A DNA stretch of 63,157 bases, filler included, from Collodictyon triciliatum (taxonomy: Eukaryota): assembly GCA_043381765.1 (NCBI GenBank). It is 7 parts of 7 records of this genome, joined end to end, with 100 filler letters (N's around TTAATTAATTAA, not from the genome) between each part and the next. Parts side by side here need not be neighbours in the genome. Positions count along the whole stretch, not along the records: positions 39,237 to 58,396 come from JBHJMP010000184.1; positions 58,497 to 61,367 come from JBHJMP010000193.1; positions 61,468 to 63,157 come from JBHJMP010000375.1; 4 more parts are not named here. One strand, 5' to 3'. The translations under genes were made by a program, and so were the position numbers. Positions 42,301 through 63,157 of this stretch are shown in pieces. Under the pieces are notes generated by a model. The model was not told where the DNA came from. It made no database searches and saw only the letters and a program-made list of their open reading frames with translations. How positions within the stretch are numbered: the stretch's first letter is position 1; each line of letters opens with the position of its first letter.

Positions 42301-45300
42301 ACGGACTTTATACTTGATCAATAGTTATTTGATGATTATTCTCGCTCTGCTTCGATCAGCGCTGGTAGCAAATCTGATTCAAATATCAGCCGAAAAAATT
42401 CTGTCAAAAAAGTAACCTTTTTTTTCTCTCTTCGAGTTCGTACCCATTGGCGACGAACATGATCCATTTTTCTTTAGATTTTATACTTGATTTGTTTCGT
42501 ACGCTAACCCTACTTTTGTTATTATCATGTTTGCCATTAAACCGTCGGTGCTATTACTTGAATGTTAGGCTGATTTAATATGTGACGAATCTCCGAGCAA
42601 AATCGATATCTCGATACCTGAAGTAAACGAGTCTGGCTCCGACTCAGACAATCGTGAAGATGTAATTTTTCTTTTCATTCCCAGCAAATGTTTGCTTCTC
42701 TTATCAGCCCACACATATCAATATCTGAGTATGATTGCGTTTGTCTTTTGCATTTAACACTGAATGTAAATCGGCAAGCTATGAGCATAATCCACCATAG
42801 TTAAATCATTCGTTTAACAAGCAACTTTAAACCATCTTTCTTACCTTCAGCACCATGGCAAAGATGATACAGAGTCGCCAAATCGTTCAATCGAATCACA
42901 AGAATTTTGCTCTGATAGTACGACAGCGGGTGACGATATCATTCTTGTAAGCTAAACCTTTTAAAAATTGCTGTTCTAATTCCTCTGGTGCTGTTGATAC
43001 CTTTTCCTCTATCTTTATATTTCTTTTACTACATATCTTAACTTTTTTTCTTCTTCCTCTTTCAAATGATTTCTTTTATGTCTGCTTTTATATGCCGAAG
43101 ACTGTTAGTCAGCGTTTGAGCCAGACACTGAAAAGGAGAAGTGCTCTTCTTGTATCCGATCTCCGAATCAAACCGCAGAGCTCCAAAGATTTAAAGCTGG
43201 AATCGTAATATAATCCTTTTTTTTTTTAATAAAAAAAATTACCAATCTGAAACAAATCAAGTAACAAAAATCAATTTTCGAAATAACAATCACAGTATAA
43301 AATAATCAAGCATGTTAAATCAACAAAAAAATAAAAATAAATGAAGTCCATTAAATCGAAAACCAGTTAATTATCCTCCGTTTCACTACTAATGTATGTA
43401 GTGACACCTCCGAAATGGGATGCGACATTTACCAAATCGACTTTAAAGTACCAGAAAATGTAAGTGCAATAATGTTAACCAGCACAAAAAGCAATTTATT
43501 TTTTTTTTTTAAAAAAAAAGTGGACACTAATGCAAGGCCCTCTGTGCAAAATAAATCTAATGATAATAAATTGGCATAGGCTATCGAAGACACAGATTTT
43601 TGGATTGAGCCAAACTCAGATCGCTACATCCTTTACTACGTCCCAAGAGACCCCCACATGTAATCCCCTTCATAATTTTCGAAATACCACGATTAAACTA
43701 CGATATTAAAGTTCGCATCTTACGAAAACTGATAATCATTATATTTTTAGGCAAAGAAGACGACCTATCTTTTCGGCGACACTAAATAAACTTATCAAAC
43801 GCCTAACTGATGAAGGTCAATATGATGCTGATTTCGAAAGAGTATTTTTCGTCACCTACAACACGTTTACGACATCATCAAAAATTCTTGCAAAGTTGAA
43901 GCAAAGGTGCGTCCCCTTCTTGCTCAGATGACATGATTTCTTTTCTTTTCTTTTCCTTTTTTTTTTTTTTTTTTTGAAACTATAGAAGTATACTGTAAGC
44001 ATTTTAAAATCACAATACAGATATGCTTCCTCTTTCATGCTTTCATCTCTTTTGTGAATGGGTACAGATTTCATGTTCCGCCACCACCAGCCGCCTTCCA
44101 TTATGATGAAGACGAATGGGCACAAGAAATCAAGGTAGATTTACATGGGGTTTCCTCCAAAACCATTTTCTCTCTTACTGTGTTTAATTGCCGCAGCTGT
44201 TTGATTAGCAAGATTTTATTTCATTATCTAGATTCCCATTCAAGGGGCTGTTGTTCGCAGCATCGATACTTGGATATTACTCTATTCGCACTACATATCT
44301 AGTTCGATGATGATAGGTTTCTCTCAAATGTCATATTTATTTTTCAATTTGTGCCAGTTCAGAATTTATTTATTGACTTTTTTGCCCCCGTGTCTAAGCT
44401 ATGAAGGTTCTAACGTTTAATTTTACTTTACATGTGTTTTATTCGAAGAAATCGAATTGTTTTTGCAAGAAATAGGAAAGATCACACCAACTTTATCTGG
44501 AATAATAGACCACATACGAGCCACGATTAGAAGCAAAGTATGTAATTCCAAACACGTATTTTTCTTTTGATATATATATGCTAGATACTTCCATCGAAGG
44601 ATTATATTATGTGGACAGGGTCTGTAAATTACTTCTTTTTTCCCCATGGAACCTCAGTCGCAGAGTTTATAATAGATTCACACAGGTACTAGATTCAGAG
44701 AGACCAAAAACATCTCTAGAACCACATACCGAGCGAATTCTCAAAAGTGGGCCACCAAAGGTTGTAATAATTGCTTAAGATGTTTTACAAATAACAAGTG
44801 GTTATACAGAAGATTTATGAATACCATTTGTAGTTAACCAGCTTTTATCTCCATGTTTTCTAAAGGATTCGACCGTAACACTCTGCGCAAATATGTAATA
44901 GGTTGTTCTCCCAACTCAACAGCAGCTTTCTATCGCAATAATATGGGACCCCGAGGAAATCACAAGACAAATCACGCTGATTGATTCAATTATATACACG
45001 CAAATTAAGGTTGAATCCCCACCGCCATCTTTTATTAATTTTTTTCGCATGTTTTTTGATTCGACACAAGTCATTTTTCTTTTCATGAAGTATCTAGTGG
45101 TATCAGAGTCTGATTCCTCCTTTTCTAGTAAAAAATAATAATCCAATATAAATATTTCGATATCCGTGACACTTATGTATTATTTCAATACTCACGGTGC
45201 GAAAATTTCAAAGCCAAACGAATTTCTGCATATAACATGGAGTCAGTCAAATAATCAGCATCGATATCCAAACATTGTATTGATGACGCAAAGATTCAAT

Positions 45301-47132
45301 CAAGTGAGAATCACATACACTTTTACATATCATTAAATAGCAATTTCTTTCCCTTCCCTTCCCTTCTCATCTTGTTGTCTTGAGCGCAAATAAAATGGAA
45401 GCACTCGTAGCACCTGATAATTTTTTTCTATCCAGATTTCAACATGGGTTGCGTCTTCTGTATTAAGCGGTCAATCAGTAAAGGAGCGTGTGCGTTTAGT
45501 AACAAAATTCGTCCGCATAGCTGAGGTTTGTGAATTTTTACATATTTGTGCATATTTTTGTATGTGCATATGTCGACATTTGAATAGCTGCGCTTTTTTA
45601 AAGCCCTCCTTTTTTTTTTTTAATAGATAATCAAAAATAACCAAGATAGTATTTTTTTTTCTCTAGAAATTGATCTAAAATACATAAAAAGAGAAAGTAA
45701 AATCTCCTGACCACGATGTTGTGAAATTTTATATTATACGTTTAGTGCATGGTCGAGCACAAGAACTTTAATGGACTGTTTGCAATTACTTCTGGTTTGT
45801 TTTGCTCGGCAGTGCACCGATTGAAATACACGAAGCAGCATTTAAGCAACCAAGCGAAAAAGGTTTGCCATGAACTCAACCCGGAAAAATTCTTTTTCTC
45901 CTTTCTCGAAAAGATCTCTCTGTTGGCATACTATTTCAGTTCTGAAATCTGCTATGCCATGCAACAATTATTCATAGAAGAGCGATTTGTTATTAAAAAA
46001 AAAATACAAAAAACAAACAAACATATATCAACAGAGTCTAAACAAGCTCAGCAAATTGATGAGTTGGGATTGCTCCTATCGTGAATACCGACACTTGCTG
46101 GAGCGACTAACACCACCAGCAGTTCCTTATCTGTATGCATCAATTCCAAATATCCTAATAATTTACATCCAGCGAGATAATGAATTGAATTATCTGTGTA
46201 ATCGTCTCTTTTTTAATAAAAAAAAATTACATTACGAAACACATGTTACAAATTATGTAAATTCCTTTATTCATTCAAGCTGCAATATGTTTTCTCCATT
46301 CGCATGGAATTATCCTTTTGAGGTTGATACTAACCATATGTATTTGCCATTTCATCTACCCTATTTCCGATTCGATCTCCTTGGGAAATGGATAATGCAG
46401 AGGTACTCAGATAAATGTACTTTCGTTGTGATGAAATGCTTTCTTTTGATTGTCCATATACCTTAACAGTCTGGGTTCAATATGCAATCAGAAACATACT
46501 TTAGTCGGCAGAAAATGATGATGAGAAGCAAAAATAAAAAAAAAAGTCATAAAAATCGCTCACGACGAAACCAAAATGCACACAAATCCAGGGATGTTTC
46601 TAACGGATCTGACATTTCTTGGACACGGAAATCCTGACTACTGCGACGGAATCATCAACTTCCACAAACGAGAGCTGGTTTGCAAAGTGATTGAGAAGGC
46701 TCTGTTGTTTCAGGTACAGAGATACGACATCGCTAAAGTAGAGGTGAGAGCAAGCCAAGCATTTGCTTTTTTTTGTTTTATCTGATATACTCAACGTAAA
46801 CCTGCATCGAGTCTGATGTCTATCAAATTGATAACATCAGCAATCAAATGAAGAAGATGTTCTCTGCATACAAAAAGAAAAATGGGGAAAAAAGAGCGAA
46901 TATAATCGATGAGAATGATAGCTTCTAAATATATGTACATAAACGCGGTGCAAAATGAATATCTAAATGCATAGCATAGAAAATCATGACATTCATCACG
47001 CTTCCATATTTACGAAAGGAATTGTGTGCGCTGCTGATTGATCTTCCCGAGCCTGACGAATCGCAGCTCTACAGGCTTTCTCTCTCCAGAGAGCCACGCA
47101 ACGCAACGCCAGATTCAATCTTATTTGAGTAA
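39399..47132 (+). CDS. Ras guanine-nucleotide exchange factor (helical N-region + REM + CDC25 domain)
   Basis: REM: IFSATLNKLIKRLTD...FERVFFVTYNTFTTSSKILAKLKQRF. CDC25: WDPEEITRQITLID, QRFNQISTWVASSVL, KNFNGLFAITSGL, PPAVPYLGMFLTDLTFLGHGNPD, INFHKR, LSLSREPRNA; stop TAA 47130-47132. Confidence 0.92.
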
Positions 47133-47797
47133 ATTATGAGCTCTGGCTTTGCGTTGTTTCATTCACTGCCTTTTTCTTTCTCGCTTTCTCTCTACACATA
47201 TACTTTTATTTCCTGTTCTTTTATTCTCTCTCTCTTTCTTTATCTTCATTACACCACTGCAAATGAATGAATTGGGCAAATAATCCACCGGCGAAGAATA
47301 ATTGCAGAACAAATAGGAAAACGCACATATCCCCACCAATGTATGCTCCTGACTTTCCCTCTCGCATGAAATGAATATCCTCCCCCTTTTCTTTCTTTCT
47401 TTCTTTTTCCTTGCTTTTGTTTTTGTTCTATTGAAAATTCACACGCACACACTCTGCATTATCTTTCGTTTCTTCTTAAGATTAATATTCAATAACCCTC
47501 CGCCATCTCTGACGATGCTGTATCTGATACAAAATAAAATACGAGACAATTCGACCGTCATAAGGATGATAACAATTAAGAAATGATTGGAGAGATACAA
47601 GTTATATACATTTATTAATAGATAAAAATAAACGAAATAAGACAGAGCTAAAAAAAAAAGATGAGAAAAAACCGAAATTAAAGAGGGTTTCCCTTCAAAA
47701 TACAACTAAAGAGACAAATACGTATGCAATAAAAGAGACAACCACACGCTTTTACTCACCACAGGATTTCTTTTCGGGAAAGTAATTCCAGTCGAGT

Positions 47798-57756
<9,959 letters not shown>

Positions 57757-58396
57757 TCTTGTATTCAATTGGGTGAAGAAAAGAAAAAAAAAGTCAGTGA
57801 AAGACCCATCAAAACCGCCTCTAATTAAAAAAAAACTGAAATAAAAACCGTACTGCATAAACTGAATAAAATGCAACAAAATACCCAATGAATAAAGCGT
57901 AAGAACACGCCCTTAAAAGCACAGAGATGTCCGACGAGACCAAAAGACGAGGGCTGTGATAGATTGGTGCGAGGACTTTGATGAAAATGAGGATGCTTCT
58001 CGAGCTTCGCAGCCTCGCTTGCGCATCGCAGACAAAACATGCTCATTGTGTGGTTCATTCATGCCATCCATGGGGCATCATACCCATCTATGGAATTCCC
58101 AATTCTGCTTATTGATGACAAACTGAAGCGGCTTTTTTTTTCTTGCTGAAAGAGACACAAGCGCTTATTTTCTTCATCAATCAAACACTGCAGTTTCGTG
58201 AATGGTCTCATAAATCAGTGATTGAGTGGTGCTGTGTCTCAACAGAAAGAGAGGCAAAGGTAAGAAAAAGGAGGAAGTCAGACAAGTAGAGAAGAAACCA
58301 AGATTTCGTCAGCGGAGGCGGTAAACAGACGATATGTAGGACGGGATGAATTGGCGGATGTATTGCAAGAAGGTATCAATGGATATATGCGTTTCT

Positions 58397-58496
58397 NNNN
58401 NNNNNNNNNNNNNNNNNNNNNNNNNNNNNNNNNNNNNNNNTTAATTAATTAANNNNNNNNNNNNNNNNNNNNNNNNNNNNNNNNNNNNNNNNNNNN
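58397..58496. other. Artificial contig spacer
   Basis: 44 N + TTAATTAATTAA + 44 N. Confidence 0.97.
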
Positions 58497-58553
58497 AATA
58501 ATAAATAAAAATAAAATAATTATTTTTTTTTTTTAAAAAAGAAAATAAAAAAA

Positions 58554-58588
<35 letters not shown>

Positions 58589-58679
58589 AAGAATGATTCT
58601 TCTCATGATATTTGTATTATATCTCAATAATCCTTGTAATAACCGTGCATTTAATTTTCTTTTATATACAATTGTAAAG

Positions 58680-60121
58680 TCCTCTATGGCATTACAATGT
58701 TATGACTGGAAGGGGCTTGGGAATGACTTTTAGTCCTATTTTTCAAACGGAGGGGAGGTTTACTCCGCAAGTGGCCGATATTCTTGCACCAGATTATAGG
58801 TATGTTTTCGATCATTAAAATCAGAGCATAATACATAAATGTGTTTCCTCATTAATTACGATACGATTATTAATTAATATCTGGGCAAAGTTTTCAGAAC
58901 CAAGTATTGTCTTCATATGGACTTCTCGAAGCACCCATGATTGGCACAGAAATGAGCTTACTCGGCGCATGTCCAAGAATTCCCATAAACTTGACGAACT
59001 TAATGCCTCTTGCATGTAATACTGGTAGGATTGTTCTGTCATCCTAGCTAATTGATCATTGTCTTTCAATTGTATACAAGTCTCACTGAACCCATAATCA
59101 ATGGCAAAAATTCCTTGTAGCATCATATGGTCCTACTGTATGGGCAACAAACCAATGTGGCTACACGATACCAGACGGGCGTTGGGTTACTAGGTAAATC
59201 TCATGCAAATGCCATTAGTTGATTTCTTTTCTTCATCTTTCGTTTATGTTTCTGTCTTTCTGTATAGCGGCTCGTCTTTTCGAGTTTGGGCGCCGAATGC
59301 GCACAAAGTAACATGTGAGGTTCTTATAGGATTTATATAGAAAATCTTGTAATTTAATTATATCGCTCGGCTTGGTCACTCCGGCTCAGTTTATAATTAA
59401 TTGGGTGATAGTTTGGTATTTATTTCCTTTTAGTTTTATCAAGCTTCGATAAGTGGAAGCCATTAGATATGCAGATGCAAGGCGATGGTTCTTGGTGTCT
59501 GGATGTATGCCATCAACTCCCATTATCCATAACCTACCGATATGATGAATTTTTTAGGATAGTTGATATAAATAATTAAAAATTATTGCATGATTAGATA
59601 CCAGAATTGAATCCAGGAACAAATTATTATTACGTTATCACCAGAAATGATGCAAAGTTTATTCGGATGGACCCATACAGTCATATTCTTTTAGGAAATT
59701 CTAACTGGATATCATCTCAGGTATGAACTTTGAATCACTTATTAAATCACTAATTGAGGCCTTCCCGTGTCATTTTTTTCATATCAGAATGTAGAATAAT
59801 GATATCCAAATAAAGGTTCATGATCCTGAATTCGAATGGGACAGCGAAATAAGTCCAATAATACAGAACAAGCAATCACTCGTGATTTATGAATTGCATA
59901 TTGGAACTTTCAATGCCTATGTTTGGTTTATTCCAATGCTTTTTTATTTTGTCCGTTTTTTTTTTTGGTTTTTTTTTGGTTTTTTTGGTTTTTTTGGTTT
60001 TTTTGGTTTTTTTGTTTTTTTNNNNNNNNNNNNNNNNNNNNNNNNNNNNNNNNNNNNNNNNNNNNNNNNNNNNNNNNNNNNNNNNNNNNNNNNNNNNNNN
60101 NNNNNNNNNNNNNNNNNNNNN

Positions 60122-60177
<56 letters not shown>

Positions 60178-61362
60178 TTTTTTTTTAAAAAAAAAAAAAA
60201 AAAAAATAGGCCTTAAAGAGGTAAATCTAAGAAATTGATACCAATTTAACCTCACTATAGTGTACAAATTGAAATGAAAATTTGATATTGACATATTCGT
60301 CATTCAATTATAAACGTTCACTGCTGACATATTTATGCAAAAAAAAAAAAAAAAAAGGTATTTAACAAACACTCTTGTGCATCAGGCTCGTAAATGAATC
60401 ACTCAAACGTGGTATTTATGTTTTGCTTGATGTTGTCTTCAATCACATGGGCAGTCAGAATGTGTATTCTATTTATGATGGGTGGAATAAGGCTGGTTAG
60501 TTTAGTGGTTATGTGAAAATTGTTAAGACAAAAACTTTTTTGTAGAATGTTTTTCTTTTTTATTTGATCCGGCTATTATTATGAATCCATATAATATTTT
60601 GGGTTAATACGCATGCTTTTAATGACTTAAACATTCGAAAGAATCAGGATTTCCTGGAGGAACACCAGGGGGGATATATTTTTATCAGGACGCGCGGGCA
60701 TATACCCCTTGGGGATATAGGTTTCTGTGTATAAATAACAAAATATTTTTCTATTTTTTATAAGGCGGAAGACATATAATATCCTATTCTTTTTTAATCG
60801 CGTACATATTATCAGACCTAATTTTGGCACAACGCAAGTAAAGAACCACATTCTTGATAACATCCAAACTTTTATGGCCGAGTACAAGGTTTCTGGATTT
60901 CGGTATTTTTACTTTTTCTTTTAAAAAACCCCGTATGAATAAAAGAAATGGTGTATCAATCAGTAAAAAAATTCGCTTATGTTCATAAATGAGGTGGGAT
61001 GCAACTATTTGCATTCGAAAGCCTGACACAATATGTTGGGAGAGTAAATCCAAGCTCATCGATGTATAGGATTCTTTTCTTTTGATTTGTTTGTTTTGAT
61101 GCCTTTAATTTCTTTTTTCTTTTTTCTTTTTTCTTTTTTCTTTTTTCTTTTTTCTTTTTTCTTTTTTCTTTTTTCTTTTTTCTTTTTTCTTTTTTCTTTT
61201 TTCTTTTTTCTTTTTCTTTTTCTTTTTCTTTTTTCTTTGAAGAGATAATGGCAAACTATATAGGGGTGGAATCTAATCATGGAAGGTAATAAGATTATAT
61301 CATCCATGGGAGGCATAAGCATAGCTGAGGATTTGCAATATGACCCATCTTTGACGAACAAG
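58680..61362 (+). CDS. GH13 alpha-glucan-active enzyme (CBM48 + GH13; bacterial branching-enzyme/TreZ-like), both ends partial
   Basis: FRVWAPNA, RMDPYS, VIYELHIGTFN, VLLDVVFNHMG, GIYFYQDARAYTPWG, RPNFG, GFRWDAT (nucleophile Asp), SIAEDL (acid/base Glu), split by GT-AG introns. Confidence 0.88.
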
Positions 61363-61367
61363 GTTTT

Positions 61368-61467
61368 NNNNNNNNNNNNNNNNNNNNNNNNNNNNNNNNN
61401 NNNNNNNNNNNTTAATTAATTAANNNNNNNNNNNNNNNNNNNNNNNNNNNNNNNNNNNNNNNNNNNN
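61368..61467. other. Artificial contig spacer
   Basis: 44 N + TTAATTAATTAA + 44 N. Confidence 0.97.
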
Positions 61468-61562
<95 letters not shown>

Positions 61563-61873
61563 AAAAGATAAGAAAAAACGCAGTGCGATCAAAATAATAT
61601 GCATCGGGTATCCCAACGATGATCGCGCTGAGGAAAAGAATCTGGTAGAACGGAATCTAACGAAATATGACGGGAACAAAGAATAAACAGAAATGAAGAA
61701 GGAGAGACCACGAGTTTCGGTACGCGATCTTGGCCGAACCAGCTGACTCTTAGTATTTGAGAGGGAGATCACTGCGCTTAAGACGACACTTCACAACGTC
61801 GCAGGGCTTCTGAAACTTGGATTATTATTCTTTTAGGTGAAGACCGCAACTGGAGAAATCGGCAGCCTTCAGA

Positions 61874-62204
61874 ATGTTTTCACAGTTTCTGGCGGGGATA
61901 TGGTCGCCGCGCGAAACAGTCAACACGGAAGTTCAGCCTTTGGCAGAGTTCGAGATCGGTCTTTTTATCATTCGCACAACCCACTTTTCTTTTTTCCTTT
62001 TCCTTTTCCTTTTCCTTTTCCTCTTCCTTTTCCTTTTCCTTTTCCTCTTCCTTTTTCTTTTCCTTTTCCTTTTCCTTTTCCTTTTCCTTTTCCTTTTCCT
62101 TTTCCTTTTCCCTTTCCTTTTCCCTTTCCTTTTCCTTTTCCCTTTCCTTTTCCCTTTCCTTTTCCCTTTCCTTTTCCTTTTCCCTTTCCTTTTCCTTTTC
62201 CTTT

Positions 62205-62300
<96 letters not shown>

Positions 62301-63020
62301 NNNNNNNNNNNNNNNNNNNNNNNNNNNNNNNNNNNNNNNNNNNNNNNNNNNNNNNNNNNNNNNNNNNNNNNNNNNNNNNNNNNNNNNNNNNNNNNNNNNN
62401 TCTCTTTCTTTCTTCTCTTTCTTTCTTCTCTTTCTTTCTTCTCTTTCTTTCTTCTCTTTCTTTCTTCTCTTTCTTTCTTCTCTTTCTTTCTTCTCTTTCT
62501 TCTCTTTCTTCTCTTTCTTCTCTTTCTTCTCTTTCTTCTCTTTCCTTCATTCTTCTCTTTCCTTCATTCTTCTCTTTCCTTCATTCTTCTCTTTCCTTCA
62601 TTCCTCTCATTTCTGCTACTTTGCTATTGCTTTATATATAATATTAGTCTATATCTATGTCTATGTCTATATCTATGCTTATGCCTATGTCTATTTTAAT
62701 CTTTTCTTTTTGATTGCGTTAATATAATACCCGCCATTATGTAAAAATGTATCTGCAACCATGGAATGAAATAAAGAAGTTCACTATAACTATTCTATTC
62801 AGATGAGTTATCCAATCTTCTGGGCATGTCAGAGTCTGACGACCCATCGGTTAACTTCATGGAAATGTGCATTATGGACAAACCCCGTGTCTTAATTTTG
62901 CATCAGTTTCGTTTGTATCTCGGGAAAGTAAGTGGCAGAAGAATAAGCAAACCGATCATTCGCTCTGTTTTGGGGCATCTTCATCGACTGACACATGTCA
63001 TCGCCGTGGATAAGAACATG
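61874..63020 (+). CDS. 5' end of a gene with a CARMIL-type PH-like N-terminus (tentative), 3' partial
   Basis: Exon MFSQFLAGIW...AEFEI splices in phase 1 to DELSNLL...KPRVLILHQFRLYLGKV...LGHLHRLTHVIAVDKNM, resembling the R-V-L-I / GH..L pattern of CARMIL PH domains. Confidence 0.4.
61990..62600. repeat. Compound polypyrimidine array ((TTTTCC)n, (TTTC)n, (TTCTCTTTC)n), intronic
   Basis: Directly visible; interrupted by a 100-N gap. Confidence 0.9.
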
Positions 63021-63060
63021 GTATCGATTATTTCCTTTCAATAGCTTTTTTTTAAATGTT

Positions 63061-63157
<97 letters not shown>
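63061..63157. repeat. (GATA)n microsatellite
   Basis: Perfect array to the end of the window. Confidence 0.95.

Noticed and set aside
57900-58396. Possible gene start divergent from the anoctamin fusion
   Set aside because: Coding-like composition, but I could not build a consistent frame before the contig end.

Overview
AT-rich, intron-dense eukaryotic nuclear DNA, probably a protist; the RasGEF type, CARMIL-like PH gene and (AAT)n-filled introns suggest an amoebozoan, but that is inference. The window is not one locus. It is seven contigs joined by artificial 100-bp spacers (N44-TTAATTAATTAA-N44), so adjacency across spacers means nothing. Hand-splicing of GT-AG introns (standard genetic code) gives about 13 genes: a MEKK4/Ssk2-N + glutaredoxin-like + TKL kinase, a TTC6-like TPR protein, a degenerate 5'-nucleotidase with EF-hands, an ARM-repeat protein, a probable TAF1C/Rrn6, a sulfotransferase end, formimidoylglutamase, mitochondrial-type DnaJ, a RasGEF, a bacterial-like GH13, a CARMIL-like start, one doubtful hypothetical gene and an anoctamin fusion. 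The best novelty candidate is at 47798-57756 (-), where an anoctamin/TMEM16 (Ist2/ANO10-like) splices in frame to an extended-synaptotagmin/tricalbin module (hairpin-SMP-C2-C2-C2). That would put a putative scramblase and a lipid-transfer tether in one polypeptide. Also notable are the chimeric MAP3K and an 18-bp poly(A)-tailed insert with 17-18 bp target-site duplications. All family calls come from motif recognition by eye, with no database searches.
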